The translations under genes were made by a program, and so were the position numbers. The notes beneath the pieces are model-generated. The model was not told the DNA's origin. It was given only the letters and a program-made list of their open reading frames with translations, and did no database searches. Positions 1-12,426 of a stretch of 64,000 nucleotides of DNA are shown here, in pieces. Each line of letters starts with the position of its first letter. Position 1 is the first letter of the stretch. Source of the DNA: Balanoglossus misakiensis (lineage: Eukaryota > Animalia > Hemichordata); NCBI GenBank assembly GCA_040954595.2, contig CM082576.2, positions 12,403,129-12,467,128 on the forward strand, in the 5' to 3' direction.

Positions 1-101
1 GTTACTGACATTGGTATGCATCATCATCAACGTACACAATCTCATTCAAACATCATGGAATATGACTTTTTGGAAATACTGAGTTGCCGAGCAAAACTCA
101 C

Positions 102-3100
102 CCAACTGACTGAGATCCAGTGGCTTCCAGCTGACACCCTGCTTGCAGTGGTCAGCCATCCCTGCCCTGATGAAGACGCCGCCATTGTAACTCAGCCCCC
201 AGACGGCCTCGGGCGTGGCACTGATGAACCTGAACATGACGTTGAGGGGCGGGATCACCGGGGTGGGTTTGCGTGTGTTTGGAGGGAAACAGAACACCTC
301 CCCGTTGGGTTGCAGTGCCCACACCAGACCTGCCAATGACCAAGGAAATGAACTTTATCAAAGATATGATAACAACAAAACAAAGATAAATATGGAATAT
401 CATAATTACAGAAGCAAGAAACTTGTTTTAGAAAGGTTGTTTAATTAACTCAGAGGCAGCTACAGTTAATGATGTTTTATGTTTACCATTGCGTGAACTG
501 GCTGCTGCATTTGCAGATAAACATGCCCATCTTGCTGAATCGGCTATGGCAACTGGAGTGGCCCTCTCCCAACGGTGTCCTGCGAAAAGAAATCAGAATC
601 ATGCTTACTTTTGAAGGACCTGTACAAAGATATTCAATCATACTTGTAATACATGTAATTGCTTTGTTTTTTAAATGTGGTATTTTGTCAAGTTTATCAA
701 ATGAAAATGTAATTCAGGGTTTTAATATAACAGTTCCATTCGGCATGAAAGTTAGAAAAATTCTGAGCCACGGTTTTTGAGAACATAGCTTCATACATGT
801 ATGTTCAGTACTATTCTGGGAAAGTTTGGTATATTTCCGAATGCATGCAGGCAGGCACAGATATACACCCCCACCTCCACATACACACTTACCGAGAAGA
901 TTTCCCCTTGACATATGCAGGGTGTTCTTGCCACCAGACACCCATACGGCTATACTGTTTGCAGCTATCAGAGTTGGTTTAGATCCTTTCCACAGACTGG
1001 TTACGTACTCCATGGGCTTCTGGATATCGGCGGCAAAATTCAGCACAGACTCAAAGACATTGGAGTCTTGCATCAGGTAGTCACTCAAAGACACCTGCAA
1101 AAAATGGAATATATGCCAATAAATAGTGAGAGTGTGATACCGGTCCACTTTCTCATCCACTGCTCTGAAGGCTGCTGTTGTCAATAACAAGAAGTTAATT
1201 GAGCATCAAACCAAACCATTCTTTAAAATCTGTCATCCCAATGTGAACTCCATTCTTCAACTTGACAGGCTGCATTGCACACTTTAATAGCCAATCAACA
1301 AAAATACACACATACGGTAATCACTAGATGATACAAAATGCATTGGTTTTGTTCATTTCATGAAAGTGCAGTCTGCAGGTAGAGTTAAAAGCAAAGCCTG
1401 GAATTCAAACTGACTGACAATATCTAATCTAACGCAGACCTACCTGCCACCATGTGCCATCTTCTCCTTGAGGGGTTGCTGCTGTGACACCAGGCCTGAA
1501 CCAAACTGATCCTTTGTCATCTATGCCCCAGCCGGTGTCTGGACCCAATGCAATGCATGTGAATGCTAAGTTGTCCCTGCAAGATATACCAAGTGTGACA
1601 ATGTCTCCTCTGTGCCCTTAATCAAACAAGCAATGAGAAGTAAAGTGCCTTGCCCAAGGACTCAACACAATAGCTTTGTCGGTAGTGTCCCCTCTAAGCC
1701 CATCTGACGTGTCACTGACTCAACAAATCATTGGTGACTCAAGAAACTTTTCCACACTACATGCAAATGTATAGGGCTATTACTCATAGAAATTTTTAGA
1801 AATCCTCTAATTGACTCAAAGCTTTCGTAAGAGGGCACACTGCTTTACTGGTGCCCAAACCAATGATCCTTGCTTGGACCATGAGTCGACTGCTGAAACT
1901 GCTGGACTGTGCTATATTTAATCTAAGTGTAGTTTACTTACTTTTCTGATTCTACAAGTTTCCAGCCAATACCTCCAGGATGTTCTTGTGACATCCCCAC
2001 CCTGTAGAACACTCTGTGATCATGCGTCAGTCCCCAGATCACACCTTTGTACGACTTGAGCTGCGCAAGGTGGCAGTTTTTGGCAACACGCACCGAGCGG
2101 TGAGAAAAGGAATGGTCCCGGCCCAGCCCCGTCTGCAGGTACATTTCTCCATTGTTTCTAATTATCCAAGCCTGGTTGCTGTCCACACAAACAGTGGAGA
2201 CGTCAGTTGCCACTTTGGTCCACTTTGACCCTATTAGAGTCTTTGGCGTGCTTTTTGTACTTGCGTAGGCCGCATTGCTCTTTCGGTGAACACACCACAC
2301 GATGGACTCCATCGGGGAGACGGCGATCTCCCTCGCCGAGTCTTTGAGTTTGCTCCACTTGATGTCGCCACTGGCCGTAGAGAGACAGTGGTACACTCGA
2401 TCCCTGTTGTCGACGCACCACAAATGTTTGTCCGAGGCAGTCATGAAGGTGATGTTGTGCGGTACGCTGCACTGCACCCAGGAATCTGACACTTTGAACT
2501 GTAAATACTTCATGGTCATCTTCTCCATCGATTGTTCAATTGGCGGCGGGACTGGAGACGATGTCGCCACCATAGATGCTGATCCTTCACTTTCGTCTTG
2601 ATAAAACGAATAGAAATCGTCCAAGCTGGACTCCTCCGCGTCATTGTCGGTGCTCCGAGTGGAGGCGGAATCTGTGTTCGAGGCACCGTCCACCGGTTCA
2701 AGCGTATCCACCGTTTGACTGTCCAGTTCTCCGCTCATGTCGTGGACCGCGTCGCCGAAGTCGCTTCCGCTGCTGTCAGACGGGAACTCTTTGAACACAG
2801 CCTGTTCTGTCCCGCTGATCCGATGTCCAGCGGGCGGCACACTGCCATCATCCACATCCTCCACAGAATGATGCCCTTCAGCACCTTCTGATGCAGCTGC
2901 CGCTGCGGTCCCATCAGCCGCAGCAGTGACATCAACTGCTTCTGGCCCATTAACATCCACAGCAGCTGCAGCAGTAGCACCGCCCACTCCTGCCCCAGCA
3001 ACATCTGCTGCTCCTGCAGCAGTAACACCGGCGGCCACGTCTGCCGCAGCAGCAGTATCACACAATGCTGCATCAGGTGGCTCAAGAATGTCCCGTTCTT

Positions 3101-6100
3101 GTGATTCTACGCTTGACTCTTCCTCATAATTTCCGTCTTCTGTTTCTCTTTCCCCCTGTTTCAAACTGTTGGTGGGCGTGGCATCTTCATCGACCTTGGT
3201 GGGCGTGGCATCTTCATCAACCAGGAACTGATTTTCTTCCATAACAGGAGTGTCTCCCCCGGGATCGCTTGTGCTGCTTGTGGTAGAGGCAAGACTTATT
3301 GTATCTGGCCGACCGACTGGAGTTTCTTCTTTTTCTGGACCTGTGGAGGACATCAATAAACCACTGTATTCATTTCAAAGTTCATAATGTCAATACAGTT
3401 AGAAAATGGGGTTCACAAAAATCAAGAGAAGTATATCAACTAAATGCAAAGCATAGTAGAGAGGACAATTTTGACCATAACCATGTTAAAGACAGGAGTC
3501 AAACAACTTTATCAGGTAATCATTTGAATATACCGGTACTGAACATTGAGAAATTGCAGAAGTTGTTGGTACAAAAACTCCTAAACTAGTGAATTCACTG
3601 ATTCAATGCATTTGAGAATTGTTCAAACTACAATAAGAGAGATCTTCAATGACTGCAATTAATGCAATTCTTAGGTGTGCTTGGAGAGTAATTTGACATA
3701 AGAAATAAGACAGTGGTCTTTTCCAACTATGCCAGACTCAAAACCTTTTGACAATCCCTCATATACTCACTCAAATCTCTTTTCTTGGGCTTTTTCGCCT
3801 TTTTCTTCTTTGGCTTTGGATCAAAGACAATATCATCACTCTTATTAGCAGTTCCACTCTTGGCTTGGGTTGTCTGGTCAGACACTGCGACCACAGCGGC
3901 CATTGCCCCTTCGATCACTTTGCCTTCATCATTCACACTGCTGACGTTACTCTCGCTCACTTCATCTGTGGCTGCCACATTTTCATCAGGCAGTCCAGTT
4001 TCTGGAGTCTCTGAAGCTGGATTCTCAACTTCTAATTCACTTGATTCAGCGCCTTCCTCTTTCTTATTGCCACTGTTCCTTCGCTGAGGAAACAATTTCC
4101 TCAGGAAATTGGGTGAGCCGGACATGACCGATTTGCCATTTTCCTCCGTCAAGTCCTCAGAGCTTCTGCTCCTGGTCAGTTTTCCGAAAGTGGCGTCGAA
4201 AGCGATATTGCGGCGCAAGACCCTGCCGAGGTTGAATTTGGAGTCGTCTTGGGTGGTTGGCTTCTTGAGGTATTGCTCAAAGTCTGCAGCAGCTGGGATT
4301 CGGAAGCTGGAAATCGATTCGGCCACAGATGTCGGGTTGTCGAGTGAAACCCGCTCTGTATCTAGGTGGAAACAGTAAACCAAAGAATTCAGATGGGCAT
4401 CAGAGCCTGGATCATGTTTAATGACATATGTACATGTACATGACACACCAAATACCAATGTGATATGTCAAGCAATTCTCAAGATTTTGCAGTGACGTCC
4501 ATCCACCCATCCATCCATTGTAACTGTATATACTGACCCCCTGGTATTAAATGTATAATCTTATACAAAATGTATGTTTGAACACTTAAATGAGAAGTAC
4601 TTTACCTCTAACACTATTACTTCTACTTTTATAAACTTACCTCTGTAAGGTTTGGGTTCAGGCCTAGCTGCAATCCTCACGATAGGTCTTTCCACATGAT
4701 CGCTCCGTATGAAGAATATTTCATCGTCACTAGTAGCCACGGCAGAGATGTGCCCGGCAGTGCCCTGAATGCTTCCAACGACAACTTGCTGGATCGGGTC
4801 GAGCACATACAGTAAATTATTGCACCATGTCAGCACGTACTTCTCTGCATACAGCAGCACGCATCCGAATGATGGATCGGTCATTTTCCGCGACTTGTGT
4901 CTTTTCGGCGCCGTATCCGGTAGAAGCTGCACTGGCGGATGTTCCTGTTTGAGTATCTCCTTGAACTGGTACGTCTGCTTGACTGCACCGTCGACCGTGG
5001 CCTTCCAGAGTCTCAGTCCTTGTCGGCTGGCATACAGCGTGGCATCACTGGGTTTACATGCGTCCTGGATAAAGCATGCCCCATACGGACCTGGGCTGCA
5101 ATGGTGCACACAGTACATATATCACAGCTATTAACTTTCTGATGGATTATTCACATTGTAGAAACAGCAGTTCAAAATGAGTGTGTTTTTGCCAGTATAT
5201 TAAAAATGGACTTTTGGCAAAAACATGAACATATTTAATGTTATAGGGTTATTCACAAAATACGGCCCTGTATGGACGAGGGCGCAGTGATTGACGTGTA
5301 CTGGATGCAGGCGAGCCCCATGTTACTCACTAAGCCCGAGTCCATACAGAGCCACATTATTATACACTTTGCTCCGTTACATTTTTACTGTTTTTACACC
5401 GTTTAGGGTAGATTTTGTTGGTGGATGACAACGCCATCGTTGAATCAAAACGCGGTTGTCTTTTCATATTTCCCTAACGTCCTCTGGAAATATAAAACTG
5501 CTATGAAGGGACCATACCTTTTCCTTGGTTTCTGTCCCACTTGATCCAGTCTGTTATCTTCGTCTGTGTGACAGAGCACCGATCGCTGAAGTGTAGACAC
5601 AAGCAACTTCTTGTATGCATAGCTTAGCTGAATTATTGCACTTCCTTCTGTTAGTATCTGTGCAGATTTGCAGGACTGCTCAGACTGGGAACGAAAACAG
5701 AAAAATTGTCAGATGTCACTGATGAGCAATACATTAAATGTACACCTTTCAGTGTGACAAACGCCCTAGTAGAGATACGTAGTGAAGAGTAACTTAACTG
5801 AAAATATTGTAATAAGCATCTATATTTCAGTGCAGTTATTAAAATAAGACAATATATGTAGTAAATACCTTATAAAAATCTACAGCCGTGTATATGACTC
5901 TTCCCTTCTCATCACCAGAATACAACTTCATACCATTTGTACTCCATTCTGTGCATGTTATTGCACAGTCATGCAATCTTTCCAAATGCTGCCGCTCCAA
6001 CTATCAACAGGTAAGAAACGAAAATAGAAAGTGATGTTACTTCATCGTAGAGGTCTTCCACTGTTGTGCACTATACAGTTGTGCAATATCATATGCAGCT

Positions 6101-9100
6101 CTCACACATATTGTCATATCACCCAGTAATTAGATTTCGATAAAAGTAAAATCTTAAGTCAAGACCTGAGCCAGTAACTGATCAGGAAGTACAATCAGAA
6201 TCATTCAGGGTGTAAAAAGAACTGTCCTGGGAGATTGATTTGTACTCCTTCAACAAGTCTGGTTGATATCTCACCTCTCGACTATGGCCAGGCAGTTTTG
6301 ATGGCAGTTGACAGATAAAGAGACTTCCATTGGAGGTACCAGCTGCTACTAAATCATCCAAAGAGGAAGACAGCTTAACAGTGGTGACGTTGTGATTTCC
6401 ACTCTGAAAGGAGTTGAAAATATGTTTAATGAAATAGGTTTGGCACACTGATAGATATTTACATTGTTAACCAGATAATTCTACTTGTATATGATAAAAT
6501 AGAATATTAACAATTTTCATATCAGCCAAGTAGTTTAACTGGTGAATGGAAGAACGAAATTTTACGCAACACCATTTGTTCCAATTGTATAATATATATA
6601 TTTCAATTAAGTGCCTGAACGTCAACCCCCCCCCCCCCCAATCTAACCTGTGATGACTTGCCACAAAAACTTGCTGTACACTACACAACTATTCCAACGT
6701 GACCCGAGGACATGGCCCAGTTCTAAACAAATGCAGGTTACTAACTCACTTGATAACAGACTTTGATAAACACTACAGTATGCATGTCTGCATTTCCCCC
6801 ATTATTAAAACTCACCTCGATCTTCAATTTTGTCAGCTGTCTACTTCTTCTGTCGAACAAAAACACCAATCCAACATTACACCCAAGCACAATAAACTCC
6901 CTGTTCACATCAATGCATGTGAAGTTGATATCAATATTCTGAATTCCCTTCTGTGCCTTCTGTGGCAGATGATTATGGAGGTAGGAGAGTGGCTGGAATT
7001 CTTTCAGTATGACATCTTGGCCAGGAACGAGTTCTGGTTGTGGGGTTGTACCTGAAAGAATGAACAGACAATTTTTTATTCACAGATTGAGTCTTTCCTT
7101 GTATCATAGATTGCAGAATTAAGCTTCTACTGACCTATTTACTTTGTCATATATTTAAAACCAAGTGTGCATCAAACAGTTCACACTTGGGTGAGTGACT
7201 ATATACACTCTGGATGACCTTTTCATCCCTATCTGTTAAGCTGCAGCAAAACAAGTAGAACCTGTCAACAGTTACAGATCAAGGTATTCCATCATTCAAG
7301 GTTGACAAACAGGTCTTTTACAGTATTTGATTGATCTGGTGAATGTTTTTTATTCAAAATGAATTACCTAAAAACTATCTGATATTGTAAAACAAATATG
7401 CAACTTTAACCAATGGATAATAGTTTTCCATTCAAGGAAAAGGTAGATTACGCAAATGAAAATTTGTAGAGAAATCTTAACTCTATACAGTGGCAAACTA
7501 AACTCCCTTATCAAAGATTGAACATTCAACACTGTGCGGCACTCTGGTAAACTCAGTGGGATATATTATTAGATGCGTTCTGTGTTGAAATATTAGATGC
7601 ATAGCTACAGAAAGCCAATGAGAAACATTGCATATTAGTCAGACCATAGACAATGCCCTCCCAACTGTCTATGGTCAGATTTCAAAATGCATTTTGGGGT
7701 CAGTAGGGCAGCATCTCAGAGTGCATAGCACATGTTTATTCTCTTGCATGTAATATGTGGTGTCCATACATTTAAAATGAGATGGACCATACACAATCAA
7801 TCAAAACAACTGCTTTGTCTATAAGTAGGCTCCTATCCCCCAGGTCTCATCCACAGTGCGCCCAGAGTCTAACAAACATAATTGTAAAAGCAGTGAGTCA
7901 ATTTGAGGATTTCTAGAAACTTCTCTAAGTCAGCCCTATACTTCTGCATGCAGTGTGGATAATTTTCATGAGTCACCAGTGTGTTTGTTGAGTCAGTAGT
8001 GTGTCATATTTGCTTGGAGTGTACACCACTCAGAATCATGCTATGAACAACAATGCAATACACTCAAAACCGTATGCTTTGAGGTGTTAATAGTATACCC
8101 TGAAATATACACTGTTTTGACAATACACTGCCAGTTGACTGTAACATCGACAGTTATACTGTCTACGACTGAACTTCAAAGCCAAAGCTATACAGTGTAC
8201 TTCATAAAGCATTGTTTTCACTCATCAGTGGACCGTGAAAAACTTTCTCTCATGGCCAAATTTGAATCCTGTTGGTCTACAGACAACTATTTACGTGCCA
8301 AGGTTTGTTTTTCTTGTCTTGGTCATGGTCGCTCCATACACCATGTTTTTTGGTGAATACAAAATTAACACCTGCATGTAGAGCAGAAACTATTGTGTAC
8401 ACCAAGATTTACAACTAAACCATGTATGGGAGGATCATGTGTTAAAAACTTGTTGCTGTAAAACACGGGGGATATGTATGCCTGGTATTCGAGTGCAAAT
8501 GACAATGGAACGACCAACGAATACAATGTCTTTGGAGAAAAAAGGTGAAGCAAAATTGTAACAAACGTGAACAATATGCTGTGTCTGGGAAATTCAACCT
8601 ACGTACCACCATTACACTTTTTCAATGCAGCGGCTATCTCTGGCTGCAGGCATCTCCAATCAATTTCTCGGTAGGCTTTCCCATCCAGAGCCTCGAGGAT
8701 AGCAGGTGTCAACTCCTGGATCGCCAGGTGCACACTATGACTGTGACCCATGGCGGGAGACGACGTATACTGCGATCAACTCAAATTTTTTTGGCGAGAT
8801 TTCACCACTGAAGACTGGAGTGCATGGCTTTGGCATACATGCTATGTGGTGTCCATGCAGTACAAGAGATCCTTTGCTGAAGGCCAGTTGCCCCGAACAA
8901 TGCCACTTTGTGTATCGGGTTCTGCATGAGGGGTTGTGTGACCTAAAAGCAAAGGTGTGGTAGGTATATACACAGAGACCCCTTGTCATCAATGCGTGCA
9001 CTTTCCTCCAATCAATGCTCTCCGTGGCATGCATTAAGTCATGCATAATTAGGCCACCTTACAGCTAGCAAGTCTCTTTGTGTTGATCTCAAAACAGTGG

Positions 9101-11418
9101 TCACTTCACAAGGTGCCTGAAATGTGTGATTGACAGTCACTGTCACTGGACATAAGCAACAATTGTGACTGGTAACTGCCCTTATATACAGACATGAGAA
9201 CGACCCCATTGTTCTCACATCCTGCAGTATGGAGGCCATTTAGTGCTTGCATCATGGAAAAATTTTGTCATGTCAGACAGAAGGAAAATAGGTATGACAG
9301 TATGTATCATGTGTATAGCAGCATGTTTGGAGCAGAATCCCATGTGATGGAGCATATACATAGAAGGCCGGTGTATAGAGGGACCATGTTTGGAGCATTC
9401 ACCCCACAGCGCAACAGCAAAGGCTGGCCAGGGTAACAGAGAACAGAGCCTTTCTTTTGTGAGACGATGAATTAATTCTCAGGTGAAGGATACACTTCAG
9501 GTGTCCTAGAGAATGGTTTGTTTATTTTACAAGAAATGAAATATACCCACACCTTTTTGAAACACAAGTGGAATACTGTGAAGTCCGAAAGTCACACTAC
9601 TGTAAAAAGTCAGAAAGTCACTAAAGGTACCCTCTTTTGCTTTCAAAGGTGACTTGCGTTTTCTAAACCAAGAACTCTGCAGTGATCATATCACATTATG
9701 TTTAGAAATACTACACGTACATTCCATTTCTATAAAGTTTGTTCACCTTAAATCCAGAAGAGTGAGAACAATGGAACTACTGTCCATCTGGCAAGTGGAT
9801 ATGAGAGGCTGTGCATTTACAGACATACAGTACGTGGGCTCTCATTCGTCCATGCCACAATGAATGAGTGAAAGCCCCTATACAGGTGACTGGTGACCAC
9901 TTCAGAGTCACTGTTCCTGCATTTTAACTTCAGGTCATGACTTCAACGGTCAATGCACTTGAAGAAGTGCTTTTGAAACAGCTTTGTACAGTGGAGGGGA
10001 TAAGACTATCCGAAGAAATGATCAGAGTGTACGGCATGAGTCGTCTGGAAAACAACAGTGACTATACGCTGTTAGGTGTGTGTTAATTGTCTAAAGAGAT
10101 ATGTTGCATACCAAAAAAGCATGGTAGGTATAACTCATGGATTCTTTAGAATTCAACTTGGAGATAGCAATTATCAAACTGTACACTGTGCTTTTCAGAT
10201 ACATCATGAATGTACTTCCGGTACATCAATGGCAGCATACATGTACATTCGAGCATGCTGGTTGTCAGACTAACTGCATGGTCACAGCAGCATACTTCAG
10301 TACAAATGTACGGATGTATTAAATTTCCATTGGGATCATGTGAACTTCCACATGAAGTGTTTCATCTAGACAGGAATGAGGTGATTCACCCCCTGTTGAC
10401 ATGTTGGCATCCCCTAGAGATGCAATTTGTCAATTGGGCGACCAGCCCCCTTAAAATGATTTCACTTTTATTGGATACATATTACTGCATGTAGTCCACC
10501 ATGCTTGAGCTGGACCCCCCCCCCCCCCCCCCCCCCCCCCCGCTGGTAGTTATATTTTCCAAAATGATTTCCTTCATAATTTATTGATACCTTCGGTTTG
10601 ATGACTAACGAAATAAAAAAAGAAAAGGTGGCAAATACCAAAGTGACAGATGGTATGAATACGAAAAGGAAATTATATCTGACACTAATTTGTAAGCCAA
10701 TATGACATACGTCACTGAAAAAAAAATTACAAGAAAAAAATGTCCATACTACTGTATATGAAATACATTCTATTAGAAACTCTTTACCTCATGTCAATGT
10801 AAAATATAGACCCTGAGTAGGTTGTTTCAGCATTATGTTTGATAGCTCTGTCGAGCAGGGGTGTATGTGTAACTGTCATGACTGTCGCATCCAGTAGCAA
10901 CATCAAACTACCTCCATGATCAAACCTTGCTTCGCAGAGCTATATCATGTGGGAGTCTTTATAATATCTAAAGCGTGTGCATGTGGTGTACAAACAAGGG
11001 GATATCCTTGCATTGTTGTGAGCACAGACTCTGGAATCCACTGACTGTGGATTCCAGAGCCTGTGGTTGTAAGCGCATGAAACTATCCCGGAAGTTTCAT
11101 TTCATTAGCTTTTAACAACTTAATCATGTTAGCAGAATTGAAAAGGCCGGGCTTATTCATTTTTAGACCAATGGGTCTCATTTAATACAGAATGCGGAGT
11201 ACGCTGCACTGGACTTTTGTCAAGGTTGTTTGTCGAAGTTGTTTTGCCCGAAACTCCATCATCCAGTGGCAGTGGTGTGTATCATGGTCATGTTTACATC
11301 ATGTGATACCAGCCGACAGCGACTACAAAATAGATTTGTTCCGTCTTCAGAATATTCAATAAAGCAATACCAGTTTCCACAACTATACATTACCTTGCTG
11401 TTGAACTCTGCTAGCCAT
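102..11418 (-). CDS. TECPR2: Tectonin beta-propeller repeat-containing protein 2 (3'-partial; continues beyond window start)
   Basis: 12 phase-consistent GT-AG exons: 11418-11394, 7051-6816, 6403-6275, 6000-5869, 5684-5518, 5095-4641, 4361-3771, 3340-1942, 1576-1444, 1094-893, 579-487, 329-102. N-terminus MASRVQQQG..ILKEFQPLSYL..KAQKG. WD40 motifs (EWSTNGMKLYSGDEKGR; LYASRQGLRLWKATVDG) resemble human TECPR2. A long acidic linker follows, then TECPR repeats (VWGL..RVFYRVG..PGGIGWK; GWGIDDKGSVWFRPGV..PQG..WWQV). Confidence 0.92.
1640..1907 (-). mobile_element. Degenerate tRNA-derived SINE remnant, interrupted by a MITE
   Basis: GTAAAGTGCCTTGCCCAAGGACTCAACAC (1640-1668) is the antisense of the conserved GTTGTGTCCTTGGGCAAGGCACTT core seen in many metazoan SINEs. 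A degenerate tRNA-head-like remainder lies at about 1850-1907. Confidence 0.5.
1683..1842. mobile_element. MITE-like element (CAGTG-type termini), copy 1
   Basis: Termini TAGTGTCCCCTCT...AGAGGGCACACTG form an imperfect inverted repeat. The internal sequence recurs in reverse complement at 7854-8030. Confidence 0.6.
5242..5365. repeat. Intronic inverted-repeat element, likely a non-autonomous DNA transposon fragment
   Basis: GGCCCTGTATGGACGAGGGC ... GCCCGAGTCCATACAGAGCC imperfect inverted repeat in a TECPR2 intron. Confidence 0.4.
7645..7673. mobile_element. Micro-MITE with CATAGAC...GTCTATG termini
   Basis: CATAGACA-13nt-TGTCTATG flanked by a near-duplicated 7-mer GTCAGAC/GTCAGAT. Confidence 0.5.
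7854..8030. mobile_element. MITE-like element (CAGTG-type termini), copy 2, inverted relative to 1683-1842
   Basis: GAGTCAATTTGAGGATTTCTAGAAA...CCCTATAC...GCATGCAGTGTGGA...TGAGTCACCA...TTTGTTGAGTCAGT is the reverse complement of the 1683-1842 core. Confidence 0.6.
8580..9420 (+). mobile_element. Decayed piggyBac-like (PGBD4/DDE_Tnp_1_7-type) transposase relic in TECPR2 intron 1
   Basis: Motif remnants occur in the expected order across stops and frameshifts: SGYLW, DDVYCDQ..FF (cf. VYxDNFF), GIHA-CG (cf. GIYACGT), CPE...MRG-VDL (cf. YNxxMGGVD), KVW*VY..LVINA (cf. KWWxx..VNAY), and a Cys-rich tail CIEGPC. Confidence 0.5.
10515..10541. repeat. Poly-C homopolymer run
   Basis: About 27 consecutive C, possibly the end of a truncated repeat element. 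Confidence 0.85.
11023..11065. mobile_element. 43-bp palindromic micro-MITE with 8-bp target-site duplication
   Basis: CACAGACTCTGGAATCCAC-tgact-GTGGATTCCAGAGCCTGTG flanked by GTTGTGAG (11015-11022) and GTTGTAAG (11066-11073). Confidence 0.7.
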
Positions 11419-11615
11419 GGTTCATTTCCTTAAAAAATATCCCGGAAAGCGCAAAAACAGAATTTCTTCATTTTCCGTGTACACAGTTACGCGGCACAGC
11501 CAGTCTGCCATTTCTATGACGTCACACGGGAAAGGTTCAACCTGACCTGGTACAAAGGTCACACATTACGCATCAGCACGAAGCAGGTCATCGATCATCA
11601 GGGCAGCATCAGCAG
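11419..11615. promoter_or_regulatory. Bidirectional promoter between TECPR2 and DHRS7 copy a, including the non-coding first exon of DHRS7-a
   Basis: TECPR2 ATG at 11418 on minus. Plus-strand donor CAG|GTAAG at 11615/11616 fits the acceptor at 12411/12412 just before the DHRS7-a ATG. Contains a perfect CRE TGACGTCA (11517-11524), GGTTCA-acc-TGACCT (11534-11548), and AGGTCA at 11556 and 11585. Confidence 0.65.
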
Positions 11616-12426
11616 GTAAGGCTAAGAATGACTTGCAGTCATGATCACGCGGCTAATAATAGGAATTGCCCATTTTAAGCAACTTGATTTGAACATGCGG
11701 TACCTTTGCCAATATCATCAATACTTTTTGTTCACATGTCATTCAAAACGCCAAACTTTTCTGCAGTTTGAGTTATTCTTAACTGTTTTGCAGTTGCGTT
11801 TACATTGAGAAATATCCAGTTAAACTTTAATTAATGGGGAAGTTAGGGGTAGACCGTGTGATATAGGGGGGGGGGCTTCTGGAAAATTCAGATTGCGGGC
11901 AACTTTTCTGCTTAAACTTTTTTTTTCAAACCCTAAGTTTTAGCTGATTTTCATACCAACTTTTTTTCTGGAAGATTAAGACAAAAGGGTGGATCTTTAT
12001 TTTTTATGAAGCCACAAGCATCTCTTCAAATCTTTTTTTTTTTTTCAAACACTAACAAATTTAAATTAATGCGCTTGTGGCATTGGGTTTACTTATAAAT
12101 TGCAAACTTTCTAACAAAGAAAAAAACAAAAGAACATCACATGTTAATGACCAGATGATTGGTTATGGAAACAAAAGAGGCATGGTTTGAACAATGGGCA
12201 CAAGGCAAAGCGTCATATAATCAGAGTAATTATCAGACATGTCTAGACTGCGCAATTTCATCAATCGGGGACTTTTGCTGTTGTTTATTATGATAATGGA
12301 ACAGTTAGGCAATACGCTGATGGATGAGTTGTACAGTAATACATTAATTAAATAATTAATAATAATTGAATGAATAATTAAATGTTCTATTCTTTCCCCC
12401 TTTTTACCTAGAGCTAAGAGGTTATC

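Noticed and set aside
2016-5142. Many plus-strand ORFs over TECPR2 exons
   Set aside because: Shadow ORFs of large coding exons on the opposite strand.
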